Source: Eledone cirrhosa (Eukaryota). From it: DNA of 64,000 bases. The position numbers and the translations under genes were made by a program. Below the pieces are notes generated by a model. That model searched no databases. It saw only the letters and a list, made by a program, of their open reading frames with translations, and was not told where the DNA came from. The DNA lies in the NCBI GenBank assembly GCA_964016885.1, contig OZ024743.1:357182001-357246000 (forward strand), written 5' to 3'. Within the stretch, counting starts at the first letter, position 1, and every line of letters begins with the position of its first letter. This document shows positions 52,850 through 64,000 of this stretch, in pieces.

Positions 52850-54037
52850 TGTGTGGGAGTCTATGTGTGTGTGAGTTTATGTGTGTCTATGTGTGAGTTT
52901 ATGTGTGTCTATGTGTGCATGTGTGAGTTTATGTGTGTATGTGTGTGAGTTTATGTGTGTCTATGTGTGTATGTGTGAGTTTATGTGTGTCTATGTGTGT
53001 ATGTGTGAGTTTATGTGTGTCTATGTGTGTATGTGTGTGAGTTTATGTGTGTCTATGTGTGTATGTGTGTGAGTTTATGTGTGTCTATGTGTGTATGCGT
53101 GTGAGTTTATGTGTGTCTATGTGTGTGAGTTTATCTGTGTCTATGTGTGTATGTGTGAGTTTATGTGTGTCTATGTGTGTATGTGTGTGAGTTTATGTGT
53201 GTATGTGTGTGAGTTTATGTGTGTCTATGTGTGTCTATGTGTGTGAGTTTATCTGTGTCTATGTGTCTATGTGTGTGAGTTTATGTGTGTCTATGTGTGT
53301 GAGTTTATGTGTGTCTATGTGTGTATGTGTGTGAGTTTATGTGTGTCTATGTGTGTATGTGTGTGAGTTTATGTGTGTCTATGTGTGTATGTGTGAGTTT
53401 ATGTGTGTCTATGTGTGTATGTGTGTGAGTTTATGTGTGGCTATGTGTGTATGTGTGTGAGTTTATGTGTGTCTATGTGTGTATGTGTGTGAGTTTATGT
53501 GTGTCTATGTGTGTATGTGTGTGAGTTTATGTGTGTCTATGTGTGTATGTGTGTGAGTTTATGTGTGTCTATGTGTGTATGTGTGTGAGTTTATGTGTGG
53601 CTATGTGTGTATGTGTGAGTTTATGTGTGTCTATGTGTGTATGTGTGTGAGTTTATGTGTGGCTATGTGTGTATGTGTGTGAGTTTATGTGTGTCTATGT
53701 GTGTATGTGTGAGTTTATGTGTGTCTATGTGTGTATGTGTGTGAGTTTATGTGTGTCTATGTGTGTATGTGTGTGAGTTTATGTGTGTCTATGTGTGTAT
53801 GTGTGTGAGTTTATGTGTGTCTATGTGTGTATGTGTGAGTTTATGTGTGTCTATGTGTGTATGTGTGTGAGTTTATGTGTGTCTATGTGTGTATGTATGT
53901 GAGTTTATGTGTGTCTATGTGTGTATGTGTGTGAGTTTATGTGTGTCTATGTGTGTATGTGTGAGTTTATGTGTGTCTATGTGTGTATGTGTGTGAGTTT
54001 ATGTGTGTCTATGTGTGTATGTGTGTGAGTTTATGTG
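52850..54037. repeat. 30/32-bp TG-derived minisatellite (GAGTTTATGTGTGTCTATGTGTGTATGTGT[GT])
   Basis: Seen directly, roughly 38-40 units. Confidence 0.96.
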
Positions 54038-54310
54038 CTGCTAAAGACATCCTACAGTTTTGAAGTCTCTTTATAGTCCATTATCCTTGCACACCTTTTC
54101 TAATGTTAGAGACAATATTGTTGGTGTTACTATTGTTGTTGTTACTATTGTTGTTGTTACTATTGTTGTTATTGTTTTTGTTACTATTGTTGTTGTTGTT
54201 GTTGCTTTTGTTGTTATTGCTGTTGTTGCTATTGTTGTCGTTGGTATTGTTGTTATTGTTGCTTTTGTTGTTATTGATGTTGTTGCTATTGTTGGGGTTG
54301 CTTTTGTTAA

Positions 54311-54368
<58 letters not shown>

Positions 54369-55079
54369 GCTGCTGCTGTTGTTATTGTTGTTGTTATTGC
54401 GTGTGTTTTTTTTTTAAATTCATTCTCCCATCCTGCTTTGCACCTCCATGTCCCCCCCCCCCTTCACCTCTTACATATTGTGTAGTTAATTACTGTTATT
54501 AATATCATCATTATCATCATCGCCGTCATCATCATTGTTATTATCATCGTCATGGTAATAATCAACTCCACCACCACCCCCACCACCACCACCACCACCG
54601 CCACCACCTTGCTGTTACAATCACCTTGGTCTTTCACAACCACCACAACCACCAGCCTCATCAATTATCAGCCTTCTCATTCATTATATTTCTATTATTG
54701 CTATCATCATCATCATCACCATCATCGTCGTCATCAATTATTGCCACCCTCCTCCATTTTATAAGCATTGCTATTATTATCTGTTATCATCATCATCATC
54801 ATCATCATCGTCATCAATTATCATCACCATCCTTCATAATATTCCTATTGTTGTAAATCTTCCCCACCACTACCACTACAAGCCATTTATTACTCTTATC
54901 AACTGAACGTCATCATCATCATCATCATCATTGCCACCATCACCATCATCATCATCATCATCATCATCATTATCGTCATCTAGGTATTGCTGTTTTCTGT
55001 ATCATTCTACTAGTGCTGATATGATTGTTGTTCTTTGTTGCTTTCGTTGTTTGTGTCTTTAGTTGTTATTAGAACCAGC

Positions 55080-57448
55080 CCCCCCCCCCCCCCCCCACCC
55101 CACCATCACCCCCACCAAACCTCCCCCACTTCCATCCCCACCCCACCACCACCACCAACAGCAACGACAATAGCAACACTACCACCATCAACAACACCAT
55201 TGCCAACAACAACAACAACACAAACAACACCGTAATCAACACCACCACCAACACCATCATACACACCACCACCACCAACAACACCACTGCCACTACCACC
55301 ACCACCACTACCACTGCCAATACCACCACTACCACCACCACCACCACCAACAACACCACTGCCACTACCACCACTACCACCACCACCACCAACAACAACA
55401 CCACTGCCACTACCACTACCACCACCAACAACACCACTGCCATTACCACCACCACCACTACCACTGCCAATACCACCACTACCACCACCACCACCAATAA
55501 CACTACTGCCGCTACCACCACCACCAACAACAACACCACTGCCAATACCACCACTACCACCACCACTGCCGCTACCACCACTACCACCACCACCAATAAC
55601 ACTACTGCCACTACCACCACCACCAACAACACCACTACCACCACCACCAACACCACTGCCAATACCACTACCACCAATACCACCACTACCACCACTACCA
55701 CCACCAATAACACAGCTGCCGCTACCACCACCACCACCAACAACAACAACACCACTGCCACTACCACCAACACCAACACCACTGCCAATACCACCACCAC
55801 CAACACCACTGCCGCTACCACCACTACCACCACCACCACCACCACCAACAACAACAACACCACTACCACCACCACCAACAAAACCACTGCCACCAATACT
55901 ACCATTATCAGTCCTATTATCACCATTATCGTCATCAAACCATTGATGATGATGTTGTATTGTATCACTAACCATTACATCATCACCATCCCCATACCTA
56001 TTGCCAGCATCACCACTATCATAACCAACATTATCATTTTCATTACACCACCATCGCAATCATCATCAACATGGTCCACCACCACCACTACACTACATAC
56101 ACCACCACCACCACCACCACTACATACACCACCACCACCACCACCACTACACTACATACACCACCAACACCACCACCACTACACTACATACACCACCACC
56201 ACCACTACACTACATACACCACCACCACCACCACCACCACTACATACACCACCACCACCACTACATTACATACACCACCAACACCACCACCACTACACTA
56301 CATACACCACCACCACCACTACACTACATACACCACCACCACCACTACATACACCACCACCACCACCACCACTACATACACCACCACTACACTACATACA
56401 CCACCACCACCACTACACTACATACACCACCACCACCACCACCACTACATTACATACACCACCAACACCACCACCACTACACTACATACACCACCACCAC
56501 CACTACACTACATACACCACCACCACCACTACATACACCACCACCACCACCACCACTACATACACCACCACTACACTACATACACCACCACCACCACTAC
56601 ACTACATACACCACCACCACCACCACCACTACATTACATACACCACCAACACCACCACCACTACACTACATACACCACCACCACCACTACACTACATACA
56701 CCACCACCACCACCACCACTACATACACCACCACCACCACCACCACTACATACACCACCACTACACTACATACACCACCACTACACTACATACACCACCA
56801 CCACTACACTACACACAACACCACCACCACCACCATCATCACCACAACCACCACCACCACTACTACACTACATACACCACCATCACCACCACTACACAAC
56901 ACTACATACACCACCACCACCACCACTACACTACACTACATACACCACCACCACCATCATCCCCAATACCACCACCATCACCACAGCTACAACAACAAAG
57001 CTGATGACCACTACCACCACCATCACCATCATCATCATCACCAATACCACCACCACCACCACAGCTACAACAACAAAGTTGATGACCACTACCACCACCA
57101 TCACCATCATCATCATCACCAATACCACCACCACCACCACCATCACAGCTACAACAACAAAGCCACCACTATCATCTCCATCATAGTCACCATCACCACC
57201 ACCATCACCATTACCATCACCACCACCACCACCATTACCATCACCACCACCACCACCATCACCACCACCACCACCATTACCATCAACACCACCACCACCA
57301 TTACCATCACCACCACCACCACCACCACCACCACCATCATCATCTTCATCATCATCATCTTCATTATCACCACCACCACCACCTCCATCATCATCATCAT
57401 CTTCATTATCACTACCACCACCACCCCCACCATCATCATCTTCATTAT

Positions 57449-57479
<31 letters not shown>

Positions 57480-57585
57480 TTCATTATAACCACCACCACC
57501 ACCACCATCATCATCATCTTCATTACCACCACCACCACCACCACCACCACCACCACCACCACCATCATCATCATTATCACCATTA
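55080..57585. repeat. CCA-rich compound minisatellites
   Basis: CCACTGCCACTACCACC block at 55250-55900 and CACTACATACACCACC block at 56080-56950. Confidence 0.93.
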
Positions 57586-57734
57586 TTAGTGTCAATGTAA
57601 TAGTCATTATTTGAAGTTCCCATGGTTTTGTTTTTGTTTGTTTCTTATTTCCATGCTACCCCCTCCTCCCCCTTTCCTGAAAGCACTGTTGATGCGCCTG
57701 CAGGTGACTGAGTGACAACAGAAAGGAGAGCATG

Positions 57735-58385
57735 ATTGATGGTGATGATAGTGGCGGTGGTGGTGGTGGTGGTGGTGGTGGTAGTGGTAGTGGCAGTGGT
57801 TGTGGTGGTGGTGGTGGTGGTAGTGGCAGTGGCTGTTGTGGTGGTGGTGGTAGTGGCAGTGGCTGTTGTGGTGGTGGTGGTGGTGGTAGTGGTGGTGGCA
57901 GTGGTTGTGGTGGTGGTGGTGGTGGTAGTGGTGGTGGCAGTGGTTGTGGTGGTGGTGGTGGTAGTGGTGGTGGCAGTGGTTGTGGTGGTGGTGGTGGTAG
58001 TGGTGGTGGCAGTGGTTGTGGTGGTGGTGTGGTGGTAGTGGCAGTGGTTGTGGTGGTGGTAGTGGCAGTGGTTGTGGTGGTGGTGGTGGTGGTGGTGGTA
58101 GTGGCAGTGGTGGTGGTGGTGGTGGTGGTAGTGATAGCATTGATGATGGTGTTGGCGGTAGTGATGGTGTTGGTGGTTGTGATGGTGGTGGTGGTGGTGG
58201 TGGTAGTGATAGCATTGATGGTGGTGTTGGTGGTAGCGATGGTGTTGGTGGTTGTGACGGTGGTGGTGGTTGTGACAGTGGTGGTGGTGGTAGTGATAGC
58301 ACTGATGATGGTGTTGGTGGTAGTGATGGTGGTTGTGACAGTGGTGGTGGTGGTGGTTGTGGTGGTGGTGAAAGCAGTAGTGGTA
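57735..58385. repeat. TGG-rich minisatellite of opposite polarity
   Basis: GGTGGTAGTGGCAGTGGTTGT units. Confidence 0.93.
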
Positions 58386-58737
58386 ACTACAATGTAGAGA
58401 GGACACAGAGTGAGGGGGTAATTGAAGGAAAGAAAAAAAATAAGGAAGGAAAAAATAAATGGAGGAATGATAGAAAGAATAAAGGAAAGAGGGAAGGAAA
58501 GAAGAAAGGAAACAATGAAGGAAGAAGGAAGGAAAATGGGAGGGAATGAGGTAGACATGATTGATTAGAGGAGGTGGTGGGAGTGTTTATGGTATAATTC
58601 TCTCTAAAGATGGGTAGTACTTACTTGAGGTGTGTGCAGGGTAGTGGAGTGTTAGAGGGTGCATTTGTGTATGTGTGTATATATATATATATGTATGTGT
58701 ATGTGTGGGTATATATATATATATGTGTGTATGTGTG

Positions 58738-58804
<67 letters not shown>

Positions 58805-58933
58805 ATGTGTGGGTATATATATGTATATGTATATGTATATATATATATGTGTGTGTATGTGTGGGTATATATATATGTGTGTGTGTGTGTGTGTATGTGT
58901 GGGTATATATATATATATGTGTGTATGTGTGGG

Positions 58934-58964
<31 letters not shown>

Positions 58965-59009
58965 ATGTGTGGGTATATATATATATATATATATGTGTGT
59001 GTATGTGTG

Positions 59010-59051
<42 letters not shown>

Positions 59052-59140
59052 CGTATGTGTGGGTATATATATATATATATATGTATGTGTATGTTCGTGC
59101 ATGTGGAGAGGCTGTTGTCATATATATATATATATATATT

Positions 59141-59173
<33 letters not shown>

Positions 59174-59695
59174 TTGTGTGTGTATATATATATATATATA
59201 TATTTGTGTGTGGATGTGTATGTATACATATGTGTGTGTGTGTTTTGGGGGGCTACTCAAGGCATGGCTATTTATTACATATATCAAAATAAAGCCCATG
59301 ACCCAAGTGATATGAAAAAAGGTGTGTGAAAATTAATGGGCATTGTGGGATGCAGAAGAAAGGGAGAGAGCAGAGGGAGGGAGAGTAAGAAAAGAGAGTT
59401 TTTGTGAGAAAGTGAGTTAAGAGGTGGTAGTTGATGGTAAGTTCTTGGGTTAATATGTCATAGTAGCAGACCCCTGTGCATCTGCCCCACTTGATGGTGA
59501 TGTTACAATAGACAGTCATGCATTTAACAGGAGCAGTGGGTTTACTTTCTATATTCTCATATGTTTATTTATTATTTTAATTGATTTTATTTTATGGTGT
59601 AGTCAGAGGAGGAAGGACCATGGCTCATATCTCTTTTCAGGGCCTCTATGACTGATGCAAGGAAGTTACCCCAGAGACTAGGCCTAAATGTGGTG

Positions 59696-59912
59696 TTAAT
59701 CCTTGAGCATTTACATTACTCAATATTTATTATTATATTCTCATGGTAAACACTTTATTTCACAATTATTTCACATAATATCAAAACTATGAAATTTTGA
59801 CATTATTTATTTTGAGAACAATACCTTAACATCAGTATGAGTGGTTAGTTATGACTGGTTTAAATAGAAAGAGGTGAAAGAATTATGGCCGGTTTAAATG
59901 CTAAAGAGTTAA
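59696..59912 (+). mobile_element. piggyBac-type MITE family A
   Basis: TTAA flanks and family A interior. Confidence 0.8.
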
Positions 59913-60352
59913 ACAAAGGGATGCACTCTGTTTCAATTTTGAATCTTTGTATTCCTAGATCAAATCCTTTTGAGGTTGATTTTGTCTTTATATCTTTCCG
60001 GTGTGTGACATGTTCATACCATCAGTTGCAGCCTTCAATAAAAATACATTGATTTCACACTTGTCATAAGTTATTAATTATTAAAAAGTGCAAATGCATA
60101 GGTAGACTCAGTATGTACCGGATTTAATTATTTTGATAGCAAACTGCCTGAAACTACTATGGATTTATTGAACATTTTTTATCATTATTTTGAAACTTTC
60201 CATCATAATTATATTTTAGAAATTTTTGTTAAATAATGTTCTAAATATCGGCTTACCAATGAAAAAATTATTTTATGAAATTCCTCCAATTTAAAAAAAT
60301 ATTTTTATAATTAATTGGAGCTCTAAGGCATTAGAAATATGGTAATAGAAGT

Positions 60353-60630
60353 GGAGGTACATGGCTTAATGGTAAGGGGGTTGTACTTGCAATCATAATG
60401 CTGTGGGTTCAATATCTGGACTGGGTTGTGTGTTGTGTTCTTGAGAAAAACACTTCATTTCATGTTGCTCCAGTATACTCAGATGAACATGAGTACCAGT
60501 AATAGCTGGGGGTTTAACCCTGCAATGGACTGGTGTCCTGTCCAGGAAGGGGAGAGTCATGTACTCTCAGTTGTTTCAACCACAAAAACTGGGATAAGGA
60601 TCGGCCCAATTAGCCTCCAGGCTTGAGACA
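60353..60630 (+). mobile_element. older CORE-type SINE (S1-like head, different tail)
   Basis: GGAGGTACATGGCTTAATGGT..GGGTTCAAT..CTTGAGAAAAACACTT..TTGCTCCAG, then AACCCTGCAATGGACTGGTGTCCTGTCCAGG. Confidence 0.7.
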
Positions 60631-61379
60631 GACTTTAGATGTAATGGAAGGGTAAATTCCTTACAATATTTTTGGTTTGGCCCTTTACATTACGAATTCA
60701 GATCTCTCTGAGGTTGACTTTGATTTTCATCAGTTTTGAGTGGATAAAATAAGTACCAGTCAACTACAACTACCACCACCACCACCATCATCATTAACTC
60801 CATCAACACCCCTACTACTACTACTACCACCACTACAACCACTTCTACCACCACCACCACCACCATTAACTCCATCAACACCCCTACTACTACTACTACC
60901 ACTACAACCACTTCCACCACCACCACTACCACCACCACCACCACCACCACCACCACCACCACCAGCAACAGCAACACTACTATCAGGCTGATGCTGTTTA
61001 TTTCAGTCTCTAACAGGATAAAAGGCTATGTAAATCTCTGTGGGATTTCAATTTAGAACATAAAGAGCAATAAACTAACATTTGCAAGGTATTTTGTTCA
61101 AGCTCTAAGGATTTCGCTAATGTGATTTTACTTTGGCACATTGTGAGGGATCAAAGGAGTATTGTTTAGGGACTGTAATATTGGTACAAAGTGGAGAATA
61201 GACAGGTCAGCCCAGATGCCATGAGGAGACAGACAGTTGGCAAGAGCCTATGATTTTGCAGGGGCCTTCCAATCTAAAATCTAGTTCTTTTAGTCTGTAC
61301 AGTTATTTGTAAGTACTTCTAGTACACTGAATCCACATGTATATATACATAACTCATACATAAATTATATGTATTTAGC

Positions 61380-61670
61380 ACTTATCTTCTTTGCCCACTT
61401 ATTCATGAGAGGGTCATGGAGGCAGAGTCCTGAAACACTCCTTCCAGTGAGTCCTGTCAGAAGCAACTGTCTCCAACTGATCCGGCTGGATCCCCAAGCA
61501 AGACCAGCCAAGCTCATGGATGTTATCCAGCCATCTTGCTTGGGGTCTATCTCTGGGTCTCCTGCCGGTTGGTTTTGCCCGTAAAATCTGTCCAGTGATT
61601 CTTTCCTGAGACATTCTAACCACATGCCCATAGTATCGGAGGTGTGATATTTGAAAAGGAGCATACATTT
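61380..61670 (-). mobile_element. RTE LINE 3' fragment (different family)
   Basis: LRYYGHVVRMSQERI..GRRPRDRPQARWLDNI..ASDRTHWK. Confidence 0.85.
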
Positions 61671-62722
61671 TGTATCTAACCTGCGTCTATTACCTGCTTT
61701 AGGGGCCTACATTTCGCACCTGACCTGAGCTTATTGTCAGTTTTACATGGGTCTGGAGATAAAGAAGATTATAGTCAAGTGAATCTAACAGAACTTTTTA
61801 GACCATGATGGAATCTTTCACCCTTCATTGACCTCAGGCATATAAAAAATAAATTTATTTTGTGATCTTATTTGTTATTAAAATGTCAGGTTTTGGCCCA
61901 AAAGTTCAATCAACCATCTGATGATCCCATAGTCACAGAGGTTTGATATTAACTATTCTAGGGATCCTTGGTGTAGAAGATAGGGAAGATTATAGAACCA
62001 ATTGGTATTTACTTCCTTCATCTCTGAGGGAGTTGTTAAAAATACCTCTAGCAAGATTGGAACTCAGCATCTTTAATAAATGAAGCTAGCTTATCTAAAA
62101 AGCATAGTAGCAAAAGTAAAGAAGAAGAGGAAGACTTTTAAGGGGTTGTTGTCTCATTTATAAAGAGTTATATTATCATGTGGAAAATATAGTATATGAA
62201 ACATATATATAAAACATATTGTTTAGTTCCAGGTCAGCTTCTATAGAGCAAACCTATGGTTGAAGGCATTCTAGCCATGATTATCTTTTTTTTTTTTAAT
62301 TATTATTTTTAAGATGGTAAAGTATGATTTAAGGAAAATTTAGCTGCCATTTCTAGTATCTCGGGTGGCCATGCTGAGGCTCTCAGGTAGGCTTAAAAGA
62401 AGAAGTGTGAAACTACATGATAAGGAAAGATGGGCTTTGAATGTAAGAAAAAATATGTGAGCATAATTCAATGGATTCGTAATGTTAACCTTTATAAAAA
62501 CAGAGAGTCACACAAGCCAACCGATAATGTAGGTATTCAACCAGTTGGAAATAGTACCTAAATATCCCCCACACTACATTCAATCATCTTAGAAATAGAA
62601 GGACACAGTGGATGACACAGTAGATGTTACATTATTTCCGAATAAAAGACAGGGTGATTATAGTTGGAAAGGTTTTGATCATAGATCAGTTAGATCACAT
62701 CTGGCTTTGCATTAAACAACAA

Positions 62723-63024
62723 CAGCATAGCTCCCATGACTTTCGGAAACATTTTTTCATGCTCAGAGTTGCTGAAGCATCAGTTGTTAGCTGCTGAGGC
62801 ACTGCATCCTTTAAAACCCCCATGCTTCCTGAAATTCATCAACACTACACTTGATATTCTCCCTCCATACACATGTATGCATGTATCTGTGTGTATATCA
62901 TGACTCATACACTGTTTACTTTCCTGACATTTGTACATTATTCTATGTACTATACATGCACCTTTGATGATTTGTAGTGCACCTGAGCACTGTACACAAT
63001 AATTTCATTATTATTATTATTATT
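62723..63024 (+). mobile_element. CR1-clade LINE 3' end
   Basis: Same family as 19555 and 27165; (ATT)n tail. Confidence 0.9.
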
Positions 63025-63445
63025 ATATACATAGGTGAACTGTGAGAGTGTTGGGGCATTAAATGCATCAGTGTAAGTGTGCAGTAGAGATAGCTGAATG
63101 TGCATAGTGATATGGGTATGTGATGTGAATAAAAGAAAGAGTGCTGGGTTAGTCTTGATTGAATAAGCAGACAGAGCTATGATTTAATGTACACTATTTT
63201 TGCAGCCCCAAAAGATAAAAGGCAAAGTTAACCTTGGTAGAATTTAAAGTAAGAGCACTTGAACAAATACTACAAGGTATTTTGTCCAACACTTTATTAC
63301 ACTGCCAATTCAGTGTTATACATTTTTAACACTGATAACATTTTACTCTGTACTTTATGCCATTGTAGGGAATATGTTTTTTTTTACTGTAAATCAAATG
63401 TTATTTTTTTATTTTCTTAAAACTAGAATTTATCAGGAAGACAGC

Positions 63446-63888
63446 TTAACTTTTTAGCACTTACATTACTCTATATATACTATTGTATTTTCACAGTAAA
63501 CACTTTATTTCACATAATTACCTGACATAATATCGAATCTATGAGATTTTGATGTTATTTATTTTGAGAACAATACCTTAACCCTTTAATGTTCAAACCG
63601 GCCCAAACCGGCCAGAAGTCTGTACCTCTTTCTGGCTGTAACTGGTCGCTCAAACTGATGTTAAGGTATTGTTCTCAAAATAAATACTTTCAAAATCTCA
63701 TAGATTCGATATTATGTGAGATAATTATGTGAGGTAAAGACTTTACCATGAAAATATAATAGTATATATAGAGTAATGTGAATGCTAAAGGGTTAAATAA
63801 GTATGAGCAGCTGGTTACGGCTGGTTTGAACAGAAAAAGGTGAGAGAATTCTGACCAGATATGACAAGTTTAAATGCTAAAGGGTTAA
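63446..63888 (+). mobile_element. family A MITE containing an inverted family A MITE (63582-63792)
   Basis: The inner element is flanked by duplicated TTAA (63578-81 and 63793-96) at the internal CCTTAA site of the outer copy. Confidence 0.88.
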
Positions 63889-64000
63889 AGTAAGAAAAAT
63901 GCTGCTTTAGTTTTTATGTGAATTAACTAGTTGTCTGAGAAAAAAGGAAAGATATATTGAATGATATAATCCTTTATACATTATGGTCCTGGTCACTAGA

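Noticed and set aside
51498-52948. Extensin- or mucin-like ORFs (458 and 457 aa)
   Set aside because: Overlapping ORFs in several frames and both strands over a cryptic trinucleotide repeat that runs into a TG minisatellite.
55069-58558. Gly-, Pro- and His-rich ORFs
   Set aside because: Same low-complexity artefact.

Overview
Eukaryotic, AT-rich, microsatellite-saturated and apparently gene-free (intronic or intergenic) DNA. The repeat landscape strongly resembles an octopus/coleoid cephalopod genome; this is an inference from repeat style, not a database hit. No host exon could be supported, and nearly all ORF-track entries are microsatellite artefacts. The window holds one full-length, intact RTE-clade LINE (~39724-43586, +). 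Its ORF has a PHD finger inserted inside the RT domain, and its 5' end carries a candidate HDV-like ribozyme. There is also a decayed DD37D (maT) transposon, RTE, CR1, CRE and Penelope fragments, two tRNA-derived SINE families, piggyBac-, hAT- and mariner-type MITEs, a non-autonomous Helitron and several satellites. The most notable hidden signal is a set of minimal type I hammerhead ribozymes read directly from the sequence: 11515-11580 (-), 26332-26386 (+), 35710-35754 (+) and a degenerate one at 25768-25810 (-). Three of the four sit near fold-back hairpins, three are followed by AATAAA, and one lies downstream of a Penelope GIY-YIG remnant. Coordinates were counted by eye and may be off by a few bases.
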